From an uncultured Aliarcobacter sp. (GTDB lineage: Bacteria > Campylobacterota > Campylobacteria > Campylobacterales > Arcobacteraceae), in the NCBI GenBank assembly GCA_963677435.1, contig OY781945.1, positions 2,368,001 to 2,432,000 on the forward strand: a stretch of 64,000 nucleotides of DNA, read 5' to 3'. This document shows, in pieces, positions 50,974-60,945 of this stretch. A model generated the notes under the pieces. That model was not told where the DNA came from, did no database searches, and worked only from the letters and a program-made list of their open reading frames with translations. Position numbers and translations under genes: made by a program. Numbering within the stretch: position 1 is the stretch's first letter; every line of letters begins with the position of its first letter.

Positions 50974-53559
50974 TTAAATTCTTTTTGTTAGATTTTCATC
51001 TATTTTTTTGATATCTAAAACCATAGCAACCTTTGGAATTTCTAAGTCATTTATTTCCACAATACTTTCAACTAAAGTTCCACTTCCTAAGAAATGATTT
51101 TGAATATGTTGAATAGATTTTTCTTCAACAACACTAACTGTTTCTAAAGATGAGACTAATATTCCCACACAATGTTCAATATTATCTTTGTCGTATTCAA
51201 CTAAAATAATATTTGTAAGTTTTTCATCTGTAATTTCTTCATTTACAAAATCTCTAATATCTAAAACAGCAACCAATTTATCTTTATGTAAAACCATTCC
51301 TTTAAAATGGTTCTTTTTATCCATATCTATTGATGCTTCTAATTCTTCAATACCAGTTGATTCTATTACATTTTTTGAATTTACTGCTAAGAGTTTTTTT
51401 CCTAAATAGAATGTTGCTAACTCTACACTTGTTGCAGTATATTTAGATTTTGAAGTAGATAAAAATTTAGATTTTGAACTATTTAAAAATACATTACACT
51501 CTTTTTTCCCAATATAAATAAATACAAAACATAAAACATCATTTTTATAATCATCAACCCTACTTTTGTACTCTCGATAACCATTTGAACACTTAACTCC
51601 AACCGCATAATAATCATTATCTAATTCAATTATTTGACTTGTTTGTTGAGCATTTTTTAAAGTAAAAAATTTATCATCTAGATTTAAATAACTATCTACT
51701 TGAAAACTACTATTTGTTGATGAAATAATCTGTTTATTTTTATTTGCAAAAATTGCAAAAACACCTGATATTTTATTTCCATCTATATCTTTTGGTAAAC
51801 TTTCATCAAGCATGGCATTAAATTGAGGAGTTGAATCAAATACAACAGCGATTCCACCTGTGATTATCTTTTCATCTTTTAGGGATCTTATTGCACTACT
51901 ATAAATATATGTTGATTCATTTTCATAAAGTGGTGATTTCTCAAATTTTGAAACACTATATTTTGAAGTATCATTTAATCTTAAAGATTTTTCAACCCAA
52001 TCTTGAGTTAGAACTTTTCCGATTAGATATTCATAATTTCTATTTGATACTGCAACCACTTTTCCATTTTTATCATAAACTAAGATATTTGTATAAACTG
52101 TATATAATCCATTTATATAATGTAAAATACTGCTGATTTCATCTTTTTTATCATTTAAACTCTCATAATCATCAAATGCTTCTTTAAAATATGATGTTAA
52201 AGCCCACCATCTACAATCATTTGCTCTTTCATATAAATTTCTATCCATAATATCAATAGAAAGAGAAGATAAAAATTCACTATCTTTTAAAATTGAAGTT
52301 ATTATTGTTTGATTCAAATTACTCAAAGATGAATTTGCTTTATTTCCAGTTACTCCAATTTCATTTAAAAGAGATTTAGAAAATTCTCTATTTACTGAAT
52401 TTAGTTTACTTTGAGCAATATTTCCATTCCAAATTACACGAGCTAGATTATCTTGAATTGTTTTACTTCTATAAAAAACTTCCTTTAACTCTTTTGAAAA
52501 ATGTTGTTCATTATCCATCATAGAATTTATTACATTATAATCTACATCTATACTATTAAGTTCATCACTCAAAAAAGCATAATCTAAAGGAATCATTATA
52601 TGTCCATACCATTTAAGTCCATAAAATCCTTGATAACCATTTGTTTTACAAGTTTTTGCTAAATAATCTCTACCAGCAAAAGAGACAATTTTATAATTTT
52701 CATTTAAAACTATTGGTAATTTTACTCCTAAATTTATATGATCTTTATCACTAGACGCAATTACAAAACCATCTTCATCTAAAATAGTTAAACACTCTTT
52801 ATTTTTTACATCAACTAAATTATTAAAAATTCCATTCATCTCATCTGTAAATCTAAAACAAAGAGATAAAACTCCTAAAGTATCTGAATTTGAATCATTA
52901 GTTTTTGTAACTTTATATGAATAAACAAGTGATTTTTTATATTGAGGAATAAAATCATGATATTTATATGTTTCAACAAAATCTTCATTAGAGTTAAGAA
53001 CTTTTTGAATAAACGATAAATCAACTTTTTCAGTTTTTATATCATCATTTAATCGTACTAGCACTTTTCCATGAGTATCAAGTAAAACAATATCAAAATA
53101 AACGGAGTATTTTGATATATATTCTTTAAATCTTTTTTGCATATTTTGTCGTAAAATCAAACTATCATCATTATATTTTGAAACATAAGTTTGAATAAAA
53201 GCTCTCACATCATCATCTGTTGCCAAAAATCCAATATCAGCTGTTCTTTCAAAGAGATTTCTAATTAGAATATCAATAGTTACACTTGCTTTAAACTTCA
53301 TTTCTTGAGTAACTTTTTTAATTTGTTGTTCACTTAAATGATTTAAAAGAGTAGAAGTTAAATTTAAAAAATTCTCTTTAGTTTTTCCAATATCAATATT
53401 TATGTCTCCTAATTGTCCCAAAAGAGCTAACATATCCCAAGAAGAACTTAATCTTCCTAACTCATCTTTATATTTATCCACATCTTCAATATATTTGATA
53501 ATTGGATATATCTCTTTTTTTACAGCAATACCTTTATAATTAATATTATCATTTGACAT
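50974..53559 (-). CDS. Soluble protein with duplicated Cache-like sensor module and C-terminal CheW domain
   Basis: Repeated RNLFERTADIGFLA / RNLYERANDCRWWA; C-terminal KGMVLHKDKLVAVLDIR..GILVSSL (CheW-like); no TM segment. Confidence 0.75.
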   Translation of the reverse strand: MSNDNINYKGIAVKKEIYPIIKYIEDVDKYKDELGRLSSSWDMLALLGQLGDINIDIGKTKENFLNLTSTLLNHLSEQQIKKVTQEMKFKASVTIDILIRNLFERTADIGFLATDDDVRAFIQTYVSKYNDDSLILRQNMQKRFKEYISKYSVYFDIVLLDTHGKVLVRLNDDIKTEKVDLSFIQKVLNSNEDFVETYKYHDFIPQYKKSLVYSYKVTKTNDSNSDTLGVLSLCFRFTDEMNGIFNNLVDVKNKECLTILDEDGFVIASSDKDHINLGVKLPIVLNENYKIVSFAGRDYLAKTCKTNGYQGFYGLKWYGHIMIPLDYAFLSDELNSIDVDYNVINSMMDNEQHFSKELKEVFYRSKTIQDNLARVIWNGNIAQSKLNSVNREFSKSLLNEIGVTGNKANSSLSNLNQTIITSILKDSEFLSSLSIDIMDRNLYERANDCRWWALTSYFKEAFDDYESLNDKKDEISSILHYINGLYTVYTNILVYDKNGKVVAVSNRNYEYLIGKVLTQDWVEKSLRLNDTSKYSVSKFEKSPLYENESTYIYSSAIRSLKDEKIITGGIAVVFDSTPQFNAMLDESLPKDIDGNKISGVFAIFANKNKQIISSTNSSFQVDSYLNLDDKFFTLKNAQQTSQIIELDNDYYAVGVKCSNGYREYKSRVDDYKNDVLCFVFIYIGKKECNVFLNSSKSKFLSTSKSKYTATSVELATFYLGKKLLAVNSKNVIESTGIEELEASIDMDKKNHFKGMVLHKDKLVAVLDIRDFVNEEITDEKLTNIILVEYDKDNIEHCVGILVSSLETVSVVEEKSIQHIQNHFLGSGTLVESIVEINDLEIPKVAMVLDIKKIDENLTKRI

Positions 53560-53669
53560 AAGTATTATTCCTATATTGATTGTTTTAGAATGATTATATA
53601 TTATTAATATTTTTAAATCTATATACAGTTGTATATATAATATACTTTTTTAGAAAATAATTTTAGTTT

Positions 53670-54455
53670 TTAGTTTTTATTTGAGATATTTAATGCAAGT
53701 TCATAAAGATTAGTTTGCCATTTATCATTGAATATATCATTCTCAATAGCTTTTATGTTTAGATTATTAGTTAATGAAATTATAAAGTCTTGATTAACAT
53801 CATCTGAAGATAATAATTTATTTATATTTTTTTCTTTAGAGAATTCTATTAATTGAGGTATTTCTGAAATATTTAAATATCTTTTGTCTCTGCGTATTGT
53901 ATTAATGATAAATCTTTTTGCAAAATATTCCCAATAATCATCAAAAACATAAATATTTTGGACTTCACATTTATCAAGTTTTTCTTTTATTTTTAAAAAA
54001 GTTTGGTCAATTTCATCAAGAAATTTTTCATAATTTTCTTTATAATAAATTTCTTTACTTTTATCATATTTTACAAATGTATCATACAAATTTTTTGCAA
54101 TAATTCGTAGATTTAAAGGATCAGTCCAGATATATGGATTATTATCTATTTTTTTTACATTTAAAGACAAATCAACAATTATTAAATTAGGATTTTGTTT
54201 CAATAAAATTTCTGCATATTTTTTTTCAACATCTAAGCCTAAATAAAAGAATATTTTTGCATTTGATAATCTTGAAATTTCTGATTTTGGTAATTGTATA
54301 TAAGTGTCTGAGTATTTTCTTGAAATTTCTCTTATCTTAACTTCATTTTTTGCTATTTTATTTATTAGATAAGTTTCCAAAGGGAAATAAGTAAGTGTGT
54401 AAGTTTTTGAAAAAACAAAAAGTGGAAAGAAGAATATAAAAAATATTTTTATCAT
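53670..54455 (-). CDS. ZnuA/TroA-like solute-binding protein, degenerate
   Basis: Signal peptide; AKIFFYLGLDVE, NPYIWTDP, ENYEKF, WEYFAKRF resemble cluster A-I binding proteins. Confidence 0.7.
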   Translation of the reverse strand: MIKIFFIFFFPLFVFSKTYTLTYFPLETYLINKIAKNEVKIREISRKYSDTYIQLPKSEISRLSNAKIFFYLGLDVEKKYAEILLKQNPNLIIVDLSLNVKKIDNNPYIWTDPLNLRIIAKNLYDTFVKYDKSKEIYYKENYEKFLDEIDQTFLKIKEKLDKCEVQNIYVFDDYWEYFAKRFIINTIRRDKRYLNISEIPQLIEFSKEKNINKLLSSDDVNQDFIISLTNNLNIKAIENDIFNDKWQTNLYELALNISNKN

Positions 54456-54487
54456 TTAATTCTTTCCACTAATTTGTTTATTATCAA

Positions 54488-56245
54488 TTATAAATCAGTA
54501 ACTGTTTTTCTTAATCTAATACTTAGCTCTTTTAATTGCTCTTCATCAACACTTGATGGAGCTTGAGTTAATAAACATTGTGCTTTTTGTGTTTTTGGGA
54601 ATGCTATTACATCTCTTATTGAATCAGTTCCAGCTAATAACATAATCATTCTATCAAGTCCTAAAGCAAATCCACCATGAGATGGTGCTCCATATTGAAG
54701 TGCATCAAGTAAGAAACCAAATTTCTCTCTTGCTTCTTCGTCAGAAATTCCCATAAGTTTAAATACTTTTGCTTGAATCTCTTCTTTGTGAATTCTAATT
54801 GAACCACCACCTAGCTCTGTACCATTTAAAACAATATCATAAGCAATTGATTCAATCTCTTCTAAATCATCAACATTATCTAATGATTTTGGCATTGTAA
54901 ATGGATGGTGTAAAGCTTTTGTTCTTCCATCTTCAACTTCAAACATTGGGAAATCAACAACCCATAGGAATTCTAAAGCATCAGCAGGAACAATGTCCAT
55001 TTCAGCTGCTAGGAATAATCTAAATCTTCCCATATAATCCCAAACTACTTTTTTAGCCCCTGCTCCAAAGAATACAACATCACCAACTTCAAGTTCAGTA
55101 ACTTTTACGATTTCTTCTAAATCAGCTTCTGAGAAGAATTTAGTTAATGGACCTTTTAATCCATCTTCTTTCATTTGGAAGTAACCTAAACCTTTAGCTC
55201 CAAATTTTCTTACATAATCTTCAAAACCTTTCATTTGTCTTTTAGAGAAGATGTTATCTCCATTTTTACATTTTAAAGCTTTGATTCTATTGTTCTTTTT
55301 ATCTTTTGCAATTTCTGCAAAAATTTCATTTGTTGAGTTTGCAAAAATATCAATAACATCAACAAGTGGCATATCAATTCTTAAATCAGGTTTGTCTGAA
55401 CCATATTTTTCCATAGCTTCTGAGTATTTCATTCTTCTAAATGTTGAAGGAATTGTTTTCCCACATTTTGTAAATACATCATAAATTAATCTCTCAGCAA
55501 CTTTTATAACATCTTCTTGTTCACAAAATGACATTTCAACATCTATTTGAGTAAATTCAGGTTGTCTATCTGCTCTTAAATCTTCATCTCTGAAACATTT
55601 TGCAATTTGAAAATATTTATCAAATCCCGCAACCATTAAAAGTTGTTTAAATAATTGAGGAGATTGTGGTAATGCATAAAACTCACCTGGATGAACTCTT
55701 GATGGAACTAAATAATCTCTAGCACCTTCTGGAGTTGATTTTGTTAATATTGGAGTTTCAACATCTAAAAATCCTAATTCATCTAAAGTATTTCTAACTT
55801 GAATAGTTGCTTTACTTCTTAATTGGAAAATTTCAAATGATTTTCTTGATCTTAACTCTAAAAATCTATTTCTTAATTTGATTTCATCATTAACTTTTTC
55901 ATCATTAATATCAAATGGCATTGGTTTTGATCTATTTTCAATTACTAAATCTTTTAATACAATTTCGATTTTCCCAGTTTTTAGATTTGGATTTTCAAGT
56001 CCTTCACCTCTTGCTCTTACAAGTCCAGTTGCAATTAAAACATATTCATCTCTTACAGTTTCTGCAATTGCTAACGCATCTTTACTATCACTTGGATCTG
56101 CTACTAGTTGAACTAATCCACTTTTATCTCTTAAATCTATAAATATAATTCCACCGTGGTCTCTTCTACTGTTTACCCAACCAGCAACAGTTACAGTTTC
56201 ACCAATTTTTGCTTCAGTTACATCTGTACAATAATGTGTTCTCAA
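54488..56245 (-). CDS. aspS: Aspartate--tRNA ligase
   Basis: [48 protein letters not shown]; likely TTG start 56245 after GGAG. Confidence 0.96.
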   Translation of the reverse strand: MRTHYCTDVTEAKIGETVTVAGWVNSRRDHGGIIFIDLRDKSGLVQLVADPSDSKDALAIAETVRDEYVLIATGLVRARGEGLENPNLKTGKIEIVLKDLVIENRSKPMPFDINDEKVNDEIKLRNRFLELRSRKSFEIFQLRSKATIQVRNTLDELGFLDVETPILTKSTPEGARDYLVPSRVHPGEFYALPQSPQLFKQLLMVAGFDKYFQIAKCFRDEDLRADRQPEFTQIDVEMSFCEQEDVIKVAERLIYDVFTKCGKTIPSTFRRMKYSEAMEKYGSDKPDLRIDMPLVDVIDIFANSTNEIFAEIAKDKKNNRIKALKCKNGDNIFSKRQMKGFEDYVRKFGAKGLGYFQMKEDGLKGPLTKFFSEADLEEIVKVTELEVGDVVFFGAGAKKVVWDYMGRFRLFLAAEMDIVPADALEFLWVVDFPMFEVEDGRTKALHHPFTMPKSLDNVDDLEEIESIAYDIVLNGTELGGGSIRIHKEEIQAKVFKLMGISDEEAREKFGFLLDALQYGAPSHGGFALGLDRMIMLLAGTDSIRDVIAFPKTQKAQCLLTQAPSSVDEEQLKELSIRLRKTVTDL

Positions 56246-56288
56246 TTCTAACTCCATTTCTATAAATATTCGCGATTTTATCTAAATT

Positions 56289-57506
56289 TTACTTAATTTC
56301 TAAAAAGCCATACTCAGTACTTTTAAATAGTCTTGGAGTATAGATTGCTTGATTATTTTCAATTTTTGTAGGAACTAAACTTGAGTTTTGTCCATAATAT
56401 AAATAATTTATACCAACAAGAGTCGAATAATCAACCCATTCGTATACAATATTTCCACCTAAATTTGCAATATCATCCCTTAACTCTTTATCAACAACAT
56501 CAATTGAATTGGCCACAATTAACCTATCTCTATCTTTATCTTGTGTTAATGTCATTAATAAAGGGTCGTAATTTAGTTGTGTTGAAAAAACAACTTTTGG
56601 GTAAATATCATAAGATCTTAATTGTGATAAAATTAATGATGTTTTTACAATGTCAGTATTTAAAAATAGTGTTGAATTTCTTAATCTTGAATCAGTTACG
56701 ATATTTCTAAAATTTCTTTCATTTTTATCTATTTCTCTTTTTAATCTTGTATCATAAACTAAAGCATCATAAGTTCTTTTCAATTTAGAACTCAAATATG
56801 TATTTTGATAGAACATTACATTGTTTTCATTTGAATATTGCATTAATTTTTTAATTTGATCATCATAAGAGATTGAACCAAAAATTAAACTTTCATTATT
56901 TGAAGCAATATCACTTTTCTCAATTAGTGGTAAATAAACTTTTAAATCATTTGAAACTACTGTATTTAAAGTATTAACTGCACTTGGAGTAAATAGTGCT
57001 ATAACATTTGTAATATTTGCATCTTTTACTTTTTGGAATGCGTTACTAATTCTATCCATATTTTCATTTTCAGTGTCAATAACAACAAGATCATAATCAG
57101 CATTTTGATGTGATAAATACCCAGAGATGGTATTTATCGACGATTTTGCATATTTTGAAACTAATGATGATGGATAAATGAATGCAACTTTCATTTTAAC
57201 CTTAGTAGTATCAATTTGAATTTGATTTTCACTAGAACCAGGAGTTGTACTTTGGTTCTCAATTTTATCACCTTCAATAATTGGAGCTACTTCATATTGA
57301 ACTGGTTTATCTTTACCATTTGATTCAATAATATCCATTGGTTCAAGTTCTTGAACAACTGTTTTTTTATCTTCCTCGACAATATCTTTTTTTGCTGGTT
57401 GTGCAACCATTTTATGGTTACCTGGCATTTTTAATTGTACAGTTTGTTTTGGAGTACAACCAAAAAATAGAAATATAAGTACCATTAGGGCAATTATTTG
57501 CTTCAA
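56289..57506 (-). CDS. Conserved lipoprotein, probable periplasmic-binding-protein-like fold
   Basis: Lipobox FFG-C, low-complexity linker, alpha/beta C-terminal domain. Confidence 0.65.
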   Translation of the reverse strand: MKQIIALMVLIFLFFGCTPKQTVQLKMPGNHKMVAQPAKKDIVEEDKKTVVQELEPMDIIESNGKDKPVQYEVAPIIEGDKIENQSTTPGSSENQIQIDTTKVKMKVAFIYPSSLVSKYAKSSINTISGYLSHQNADYDLVVIDTENENMDRISNAFQKVKDANITNVIALFTPSAVNTLNTVVSNDLKVYLPLIEKSDIASNNESLIFGSISYDDQIKKLMQYSNENNVMFYQNTYLSSKLKRTYDALVYDTRLKREIDKNERNFRNIVTDSRLRNSTLFLNTDIVKTSLILSQLRSYDIYPKVVFSTQLNYDPLLMTLTQDKDRDRLIVANSIDVVDKELRDDIANLGGNIVYEWVDYSTLVGINYLYYGQNSSLVPTKIENNQAIYTPRLFKSTEYGFLEIK

Positions 57507-58171
57507 TTTAAACTCTCCATGTAATTTTTTATTTTTAGCATATCATAATATGCATCTTTTTTAAAAGAGGGATTCCTTAATAAAAAAGTTGGTGAATATG
57601 TAGTAATTAACGGAATAGTGTTAAATACTAATTCTTTTCCTCTAATCTGAGAAAAATTATCACTATTTTTTAATAAGTACGAATAAGTTTTTTCTCCAAG
57701 CGCAACAATCAATTTGGGTTTTATCAACTCAATTTGTTTTAGCAAATAATCATGACATGTATCAACAATTGTGTTATTTAAACCATTTAAGCTTTTGCAT
57801 TTAACTAAAGTTGTGAAATAAATATCCTCTTTAGTTACATTTAAAACATTTTCAATCATTTTAATAAGTAATTCACCACTTTTTCCAACATAGTGTAAAC
57901 CTAATTCATCTTCACTATTACTTGGCTCATCACCTATAAACATAACATCAGAATTAATATTACCATAACCAAATAAGACATTTTTTCGGCATTTTGAAAG
58001 TTCACATAAATAACAGTGACTAACACTAATACCTAAATCGCTCATATTATTAGGTAATTTTACATTCTTAATGTTACTTGAAAAGAAATCTAAATGTTCA
58101 TGATACTCATAACCAAATGATTTTAAATAATTTAAATGTTTTAACACACGATTTTTTACTAATTTTGTCAT
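57503..58171 (-). CDS. Uracil-DNA glycosylase family 4-like protein
   Basis: CYLCEL..R Fe-S motif, FIGDEP, VGKSG.LL, VKC, PKLIVALG. Confidence 0.8.
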   Translation of the reverse strand: MTKLVKNRVLKHLNYLKSFGYEYHEHLDFFSSNIKNVKLPNNMSDLGISVSHCYLCELSKCRKNVLFGYGNINSDVMFIGDEPSNSEDELGLHYVGKSGELLIKMIENVLNVTKEDIYFTTLVKCKSLNGLNNTIVDTCHDYLLKQIELIKPKLIVALGEKTYSYLLKNSDNFSQIRGKELVFNTIPLITTYSPTFLLRNPSFKKDAYYDMLKIKNYMESLN

Positions 58172-58241
58172 GTGAAATTGTACATAAATCTTTCTTGAAC
58201 AATTATTTGTTCCAATTATTATAACAAAATTACAATTTTAC

Positions 58242-58270
58242 TTGACTTTTGTTCCAATATTTTATAAAAT
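58242..58270 (+). promoter_or_regulatory. Sigma70-type promoter for small HTH gene
   Basis: TTGACT-N17-TAAAAT, 28 nt upstream of ATG 58299. Confidence 0.65.
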
Positions 58271-58298
58271 ATCAGCATTGTTTAGAATAGGAAATAAA

Positions 58299-58511
58299 AT
58301 GACTGCACCTAGTTTAAGAAAACTAGAATTTGATTTAGATGTAAATAAAACAACTTTGCATAATTGGAAAAAGAATAGACCTAAACTTTATGATTTTATT
58401 ATTGAATCTTATAAAGATAGGGAAATTTTAAAAAAACATTTAGCATTATTAATTGAACAAAAAGAATTAATTGAAAAAGAGATTGATATAACGAAAAATA
58501 GAATTAATTAG
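58299..58511 (+). CDS. Small putative HTH DNA-binding protein (70 aa)
   Basis: AGGA RBS; SLRKLEFDLDVNKTTLHNWKK resembles an HTH; coiled-coil-like tail. Confidence 0.6.
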   Translation: MTAPSLRKLEFDLDVNKTTLHNWKKNRPKLYDFIIESYKDREILKKHLALLIEQKELIEKEIDITKNRIN

Positions 58512-58516
58512 TATGC

Positions 58517-58594
58517 AAAGTTATGGAGCTAAATGTGTAGTACAACTTTTTTAAAGTGTGCGAAGTATTATATGTTTGAGCTTCATAGTTTTTT
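58517..58594 (+). ncRNA. Candidate structured RNA (long G-U-rich hairpin)
   Basis: About 27-bp stem 58517-58543/58565-58592 with 7 G-U pairs and one bulge on the + strand. Confidence 0.4.
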
Positions 58595-58640
58595 ATATTT
58601 AAAAGTTTTAAATGAAAGTTTTTAAATTTGTTTGAAGAAT

Positions 58641-58664
58641 AAATAAGGAAAAAATTCCTTATTT
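58641..58664 (-). terminator. Terminator after infA
   Basis: AAATAAGGAA-aaaa-TTCCTTATTT. Confidence 0.7.
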
Positions 58665-58682
58665 AATTTAGTATAAATATTA

Positions 58683-58901
58683 CTATTTATATCTGTGAGT
58701 GATTCTACCTTTATCTAACGAATAAGGTGTTATTTCTACCTTTACAGTATCATTTGGTAAAATTTTAATATAGTGCATTCTCATTTTTCCAGAGATATGA
58801 CATAAAACTACATGTCCATTATCCAATTCAACTCTAAACATAGCATTTGGTAAAGCTTCAATTACTTTCCCATCAATTACTATTACATCATCTTTTGCCA
58901 C
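58683..58901 (-). CDS. infA: Translation initiation factor IF-1
   Basis: [25 protein letters not shown]. Confidence 0.97.
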   Translation of the reverse strand: MAKDDVIVIDGKVIEALPNAMFRVELDNGHVVLCHISGKMRMHYIKILPNDTVKVEITPYSLDKGRITHRYK

Positions 58902-58913
58902 TTTTTATCTCCC

Positions 58914-59678
58914 TTAATTTTCCGAATTACTTAAAATAACTGCTTTTCCATTAATCACAGCAACTGTGTGTTCATAATGACTACCTCGTAGTCCATCAGC
59001 TGACACAACGTCCCAACCATTTTCCAAAATAACAGGATTCCTGTCTTTTGAACAAATCATAGGTTCAATACAAAATACCATTCCATTTTTGATTTTTGGA
59101 CCAGATTTAGTATTTCCATTTTCTAAGTAATTAGGAATTTCTGGTTCTTCATGAGGTTTTCGACCGATACCATGCCCACAAAATCTAACAAGTGGTTGAT
59201 ATCCTCTTGACACAATAAAATCTTCGATAGCTTTTGATAACTCTTTAAATCGCATACCTTCATGAATAATATCAATAGCGTAATATAAAGAATCTTTTGA
59301 ACAAGCAATTAAATCTTCATCAGCTTTTGAAATTTTTCCAATAGGCATAGTAATAGCAGAATCACCATACCAACCATCTATTTCTGTACCAATGTCAAGA
59401 CCAAGGATATCGCCTTCTTTTAGGACAACATCACTTGGAATTCCATGGATAATAACCTCATTTAAAGAAGTACAAACAGCAGCTGGGAAACCATATAAGC
59501 CTTTGAATGAAGGTCTAGCTCCTAAATCTCTTATGAACTTTTCCCCCATTGCATCGACTTCTTTTAAAGTCATACCAGCTTTAACTGATTTACTTAAAAA
59601 GTTTAATGTTTTCGCAACTACAATATTTGCAGTTCGAAGTTTTTCTATTTCGTTTGGTTTTCTTAATGGGATTGCCAT
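58914..59678 (-). CDS. map: Methionine aminopeptidase type I
   Basis: HGIP, GDSA, GHGIG..HEEP, IEPM, HYEHT. Confidence 0.96.
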   Translation of the reverse strand: MAIPLRKPNEIEKLRTANIVVAKTLNFLSKSVKAGMTLKEVDAMGEKFIRDLGARPSFKGLYGFPAAVCTSLNEVIIHGIPSDVVLKEGDILGLDIGTEIDGWYGDSAITMPIGKISKADEDLIACSKDSLYYAIDIIHEGMRFKELSKAIEDFIVSRGYQPLVRFCGHGIGRKPHEEPEIPNYLENGNTKSGPKIKNGMVFCIEPMICSKDRNPVILENGWDVVSADGLRGSHYEHTVAVINGKAVILSNSEN

Positions 59679-59680
59679 TT

Positions 59681-60943
59681 TTATAATCCAACCGCACTTA
59701 GTGTTTGATATTTATTCATATATTGTTGAGCTTCAATTTTTCTCATAGTATCAATAGCAACTTGTACAACAATTAGTACAGCAACACCTCCAAAATAGAA
59801 AGGTACCCCCATAGCTTTTACAATAAGCCAAGGTAAAGTTGAAATTAATCCCATGTAAATCGCACCCCAAAAAGTTAATCTACCAGCTACTTCATTTAAA
59901 AACTCAGCTGTACTCGCTCCTGGTCTTACACCTGGAATAAAGCCACCTTGTTTTTTTAAGTTTTCAGAAATATCTTTTGCATTAAAAGTAATTGATGCAT
60001 AAAAGAATGCAAAGAAAACTACAAATAAGAACATAAATAAATTAAAAGTATATGAAGTAGGACTTAAATAATCAGCAATCATAACTAAATATTTATTTTG
60101 ACTTCCATGTAACACAGTTGCAGGGAACATTAAAATAGCACTAGCAAAAATTGCAGGAATTACTCCACTTAAATTCACTTTAATAGGAATATAATTCATA
60201 ACTCTTTTTTTCTGATTTTCCATCATTACTTTTCTAGAATAAGAAACAGGAACTCTTCTTTCACCTAATTCAACATAAATAATTGCACCAACAGTTGCCA
60301 TAATAATAACTAATATTGCAATTACAGTTAAGAAATTCATTTGTCCATTATTAACTAACTCAACAGTTCCACCAATTGCATGAGGAATTGCAGAAACAAT
60401 ACCAGCAAAAATAATTAATGAGATACCATTTCCAATACCTTTTTGTGTGATTTGTTCACCAATCCACATTAAAAGCATAGTACCAGTTAACATTGAAATT
60501 GCAGAAACAGCAATAAATGTATTCATATCGATTGAAATAGCACTTTGTCCACTATGACCAGTTAATGAATTAAGACCAACTGAAACACCAATAGATTGAA
60601 TTAATGTAATAACAATTGTTGTATATCTGATGATTTGCATATATTTTTGCATTCCATCTCTTTCTTTTTTCATTTTACCAAGAGCTGGAAAAGTTGCTGC
60701 TAGAAGCTCCATAATAATTGAAGCAGTAATGTAAGGCATAATTCCTAGTGAAATAATACTTAATCTTGAAACAGCATTACCACTAAACATATTAACAAGA
60801 CCTAATGCATTATTTGCATTTGAGTCGAAAAATTCTTTAACTACGTCAATATTAACTCCAGGTACTGGCACGTATGCCAGTAATCTGTAAAGGAAAATAA
60901 AGCCTAATGTAATAAGAATCTTATTTATTAGATCTTTACTCAT
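59681..60943 (-). CDS. secY: Preprotein translocase subunit SecY
   Basis: LGIMPYITASII, GIGNGISL, FIPGVRPG. Confidence 0.97.
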   Translation of the reverse strand: MSKDLINKILITLGFIFLYRLLAYVPVPGVNIDVVKEFFDSNANNALGLVNMFSGNAVSRLSIISLGIMPYITASIIMELLAATFPALGKMKKERDGMQKYMQIIRYTTIVITLIQSIGVSVGLNSLTGHSGQSAISIDMNTFIAVSAISMLTGTMLLMWIGEQITQKGIGNGISLIIFAGIVSAIPHAIGGTVELVNNGQMNFLTVIAILVIIMATVGAIIYVELGERRVPVSYSRKVMMENQKKRVMNYIPIKVNLSGVIPAIFASAILMFPATVLHGSQNKYLVMIADYLSPTSYTFNLFMFLFVVFFAFFYASITFNAKDISENLKKQGGFIPGVRPGASTAEFLNEVAGRLTFWGAIYMGLISTLPWLIVKAMGVPFYFGGVAVLIVVQVAIDTMRKIEAQQYMNKYQTLSAVGL

Positions 60944-60945
60944 GG

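Noticed and set aside
58513..58624. Tiny ORFs in the hairpin region (MQSYGAKCVVQLF, MFELHSFLYLKVLNESF, minus-strand MKLKHIILRTL) as a type I toxin or rpmJ
   Set aside because: No RBS, not hydrophobic enough for a toxin, no L36 motif
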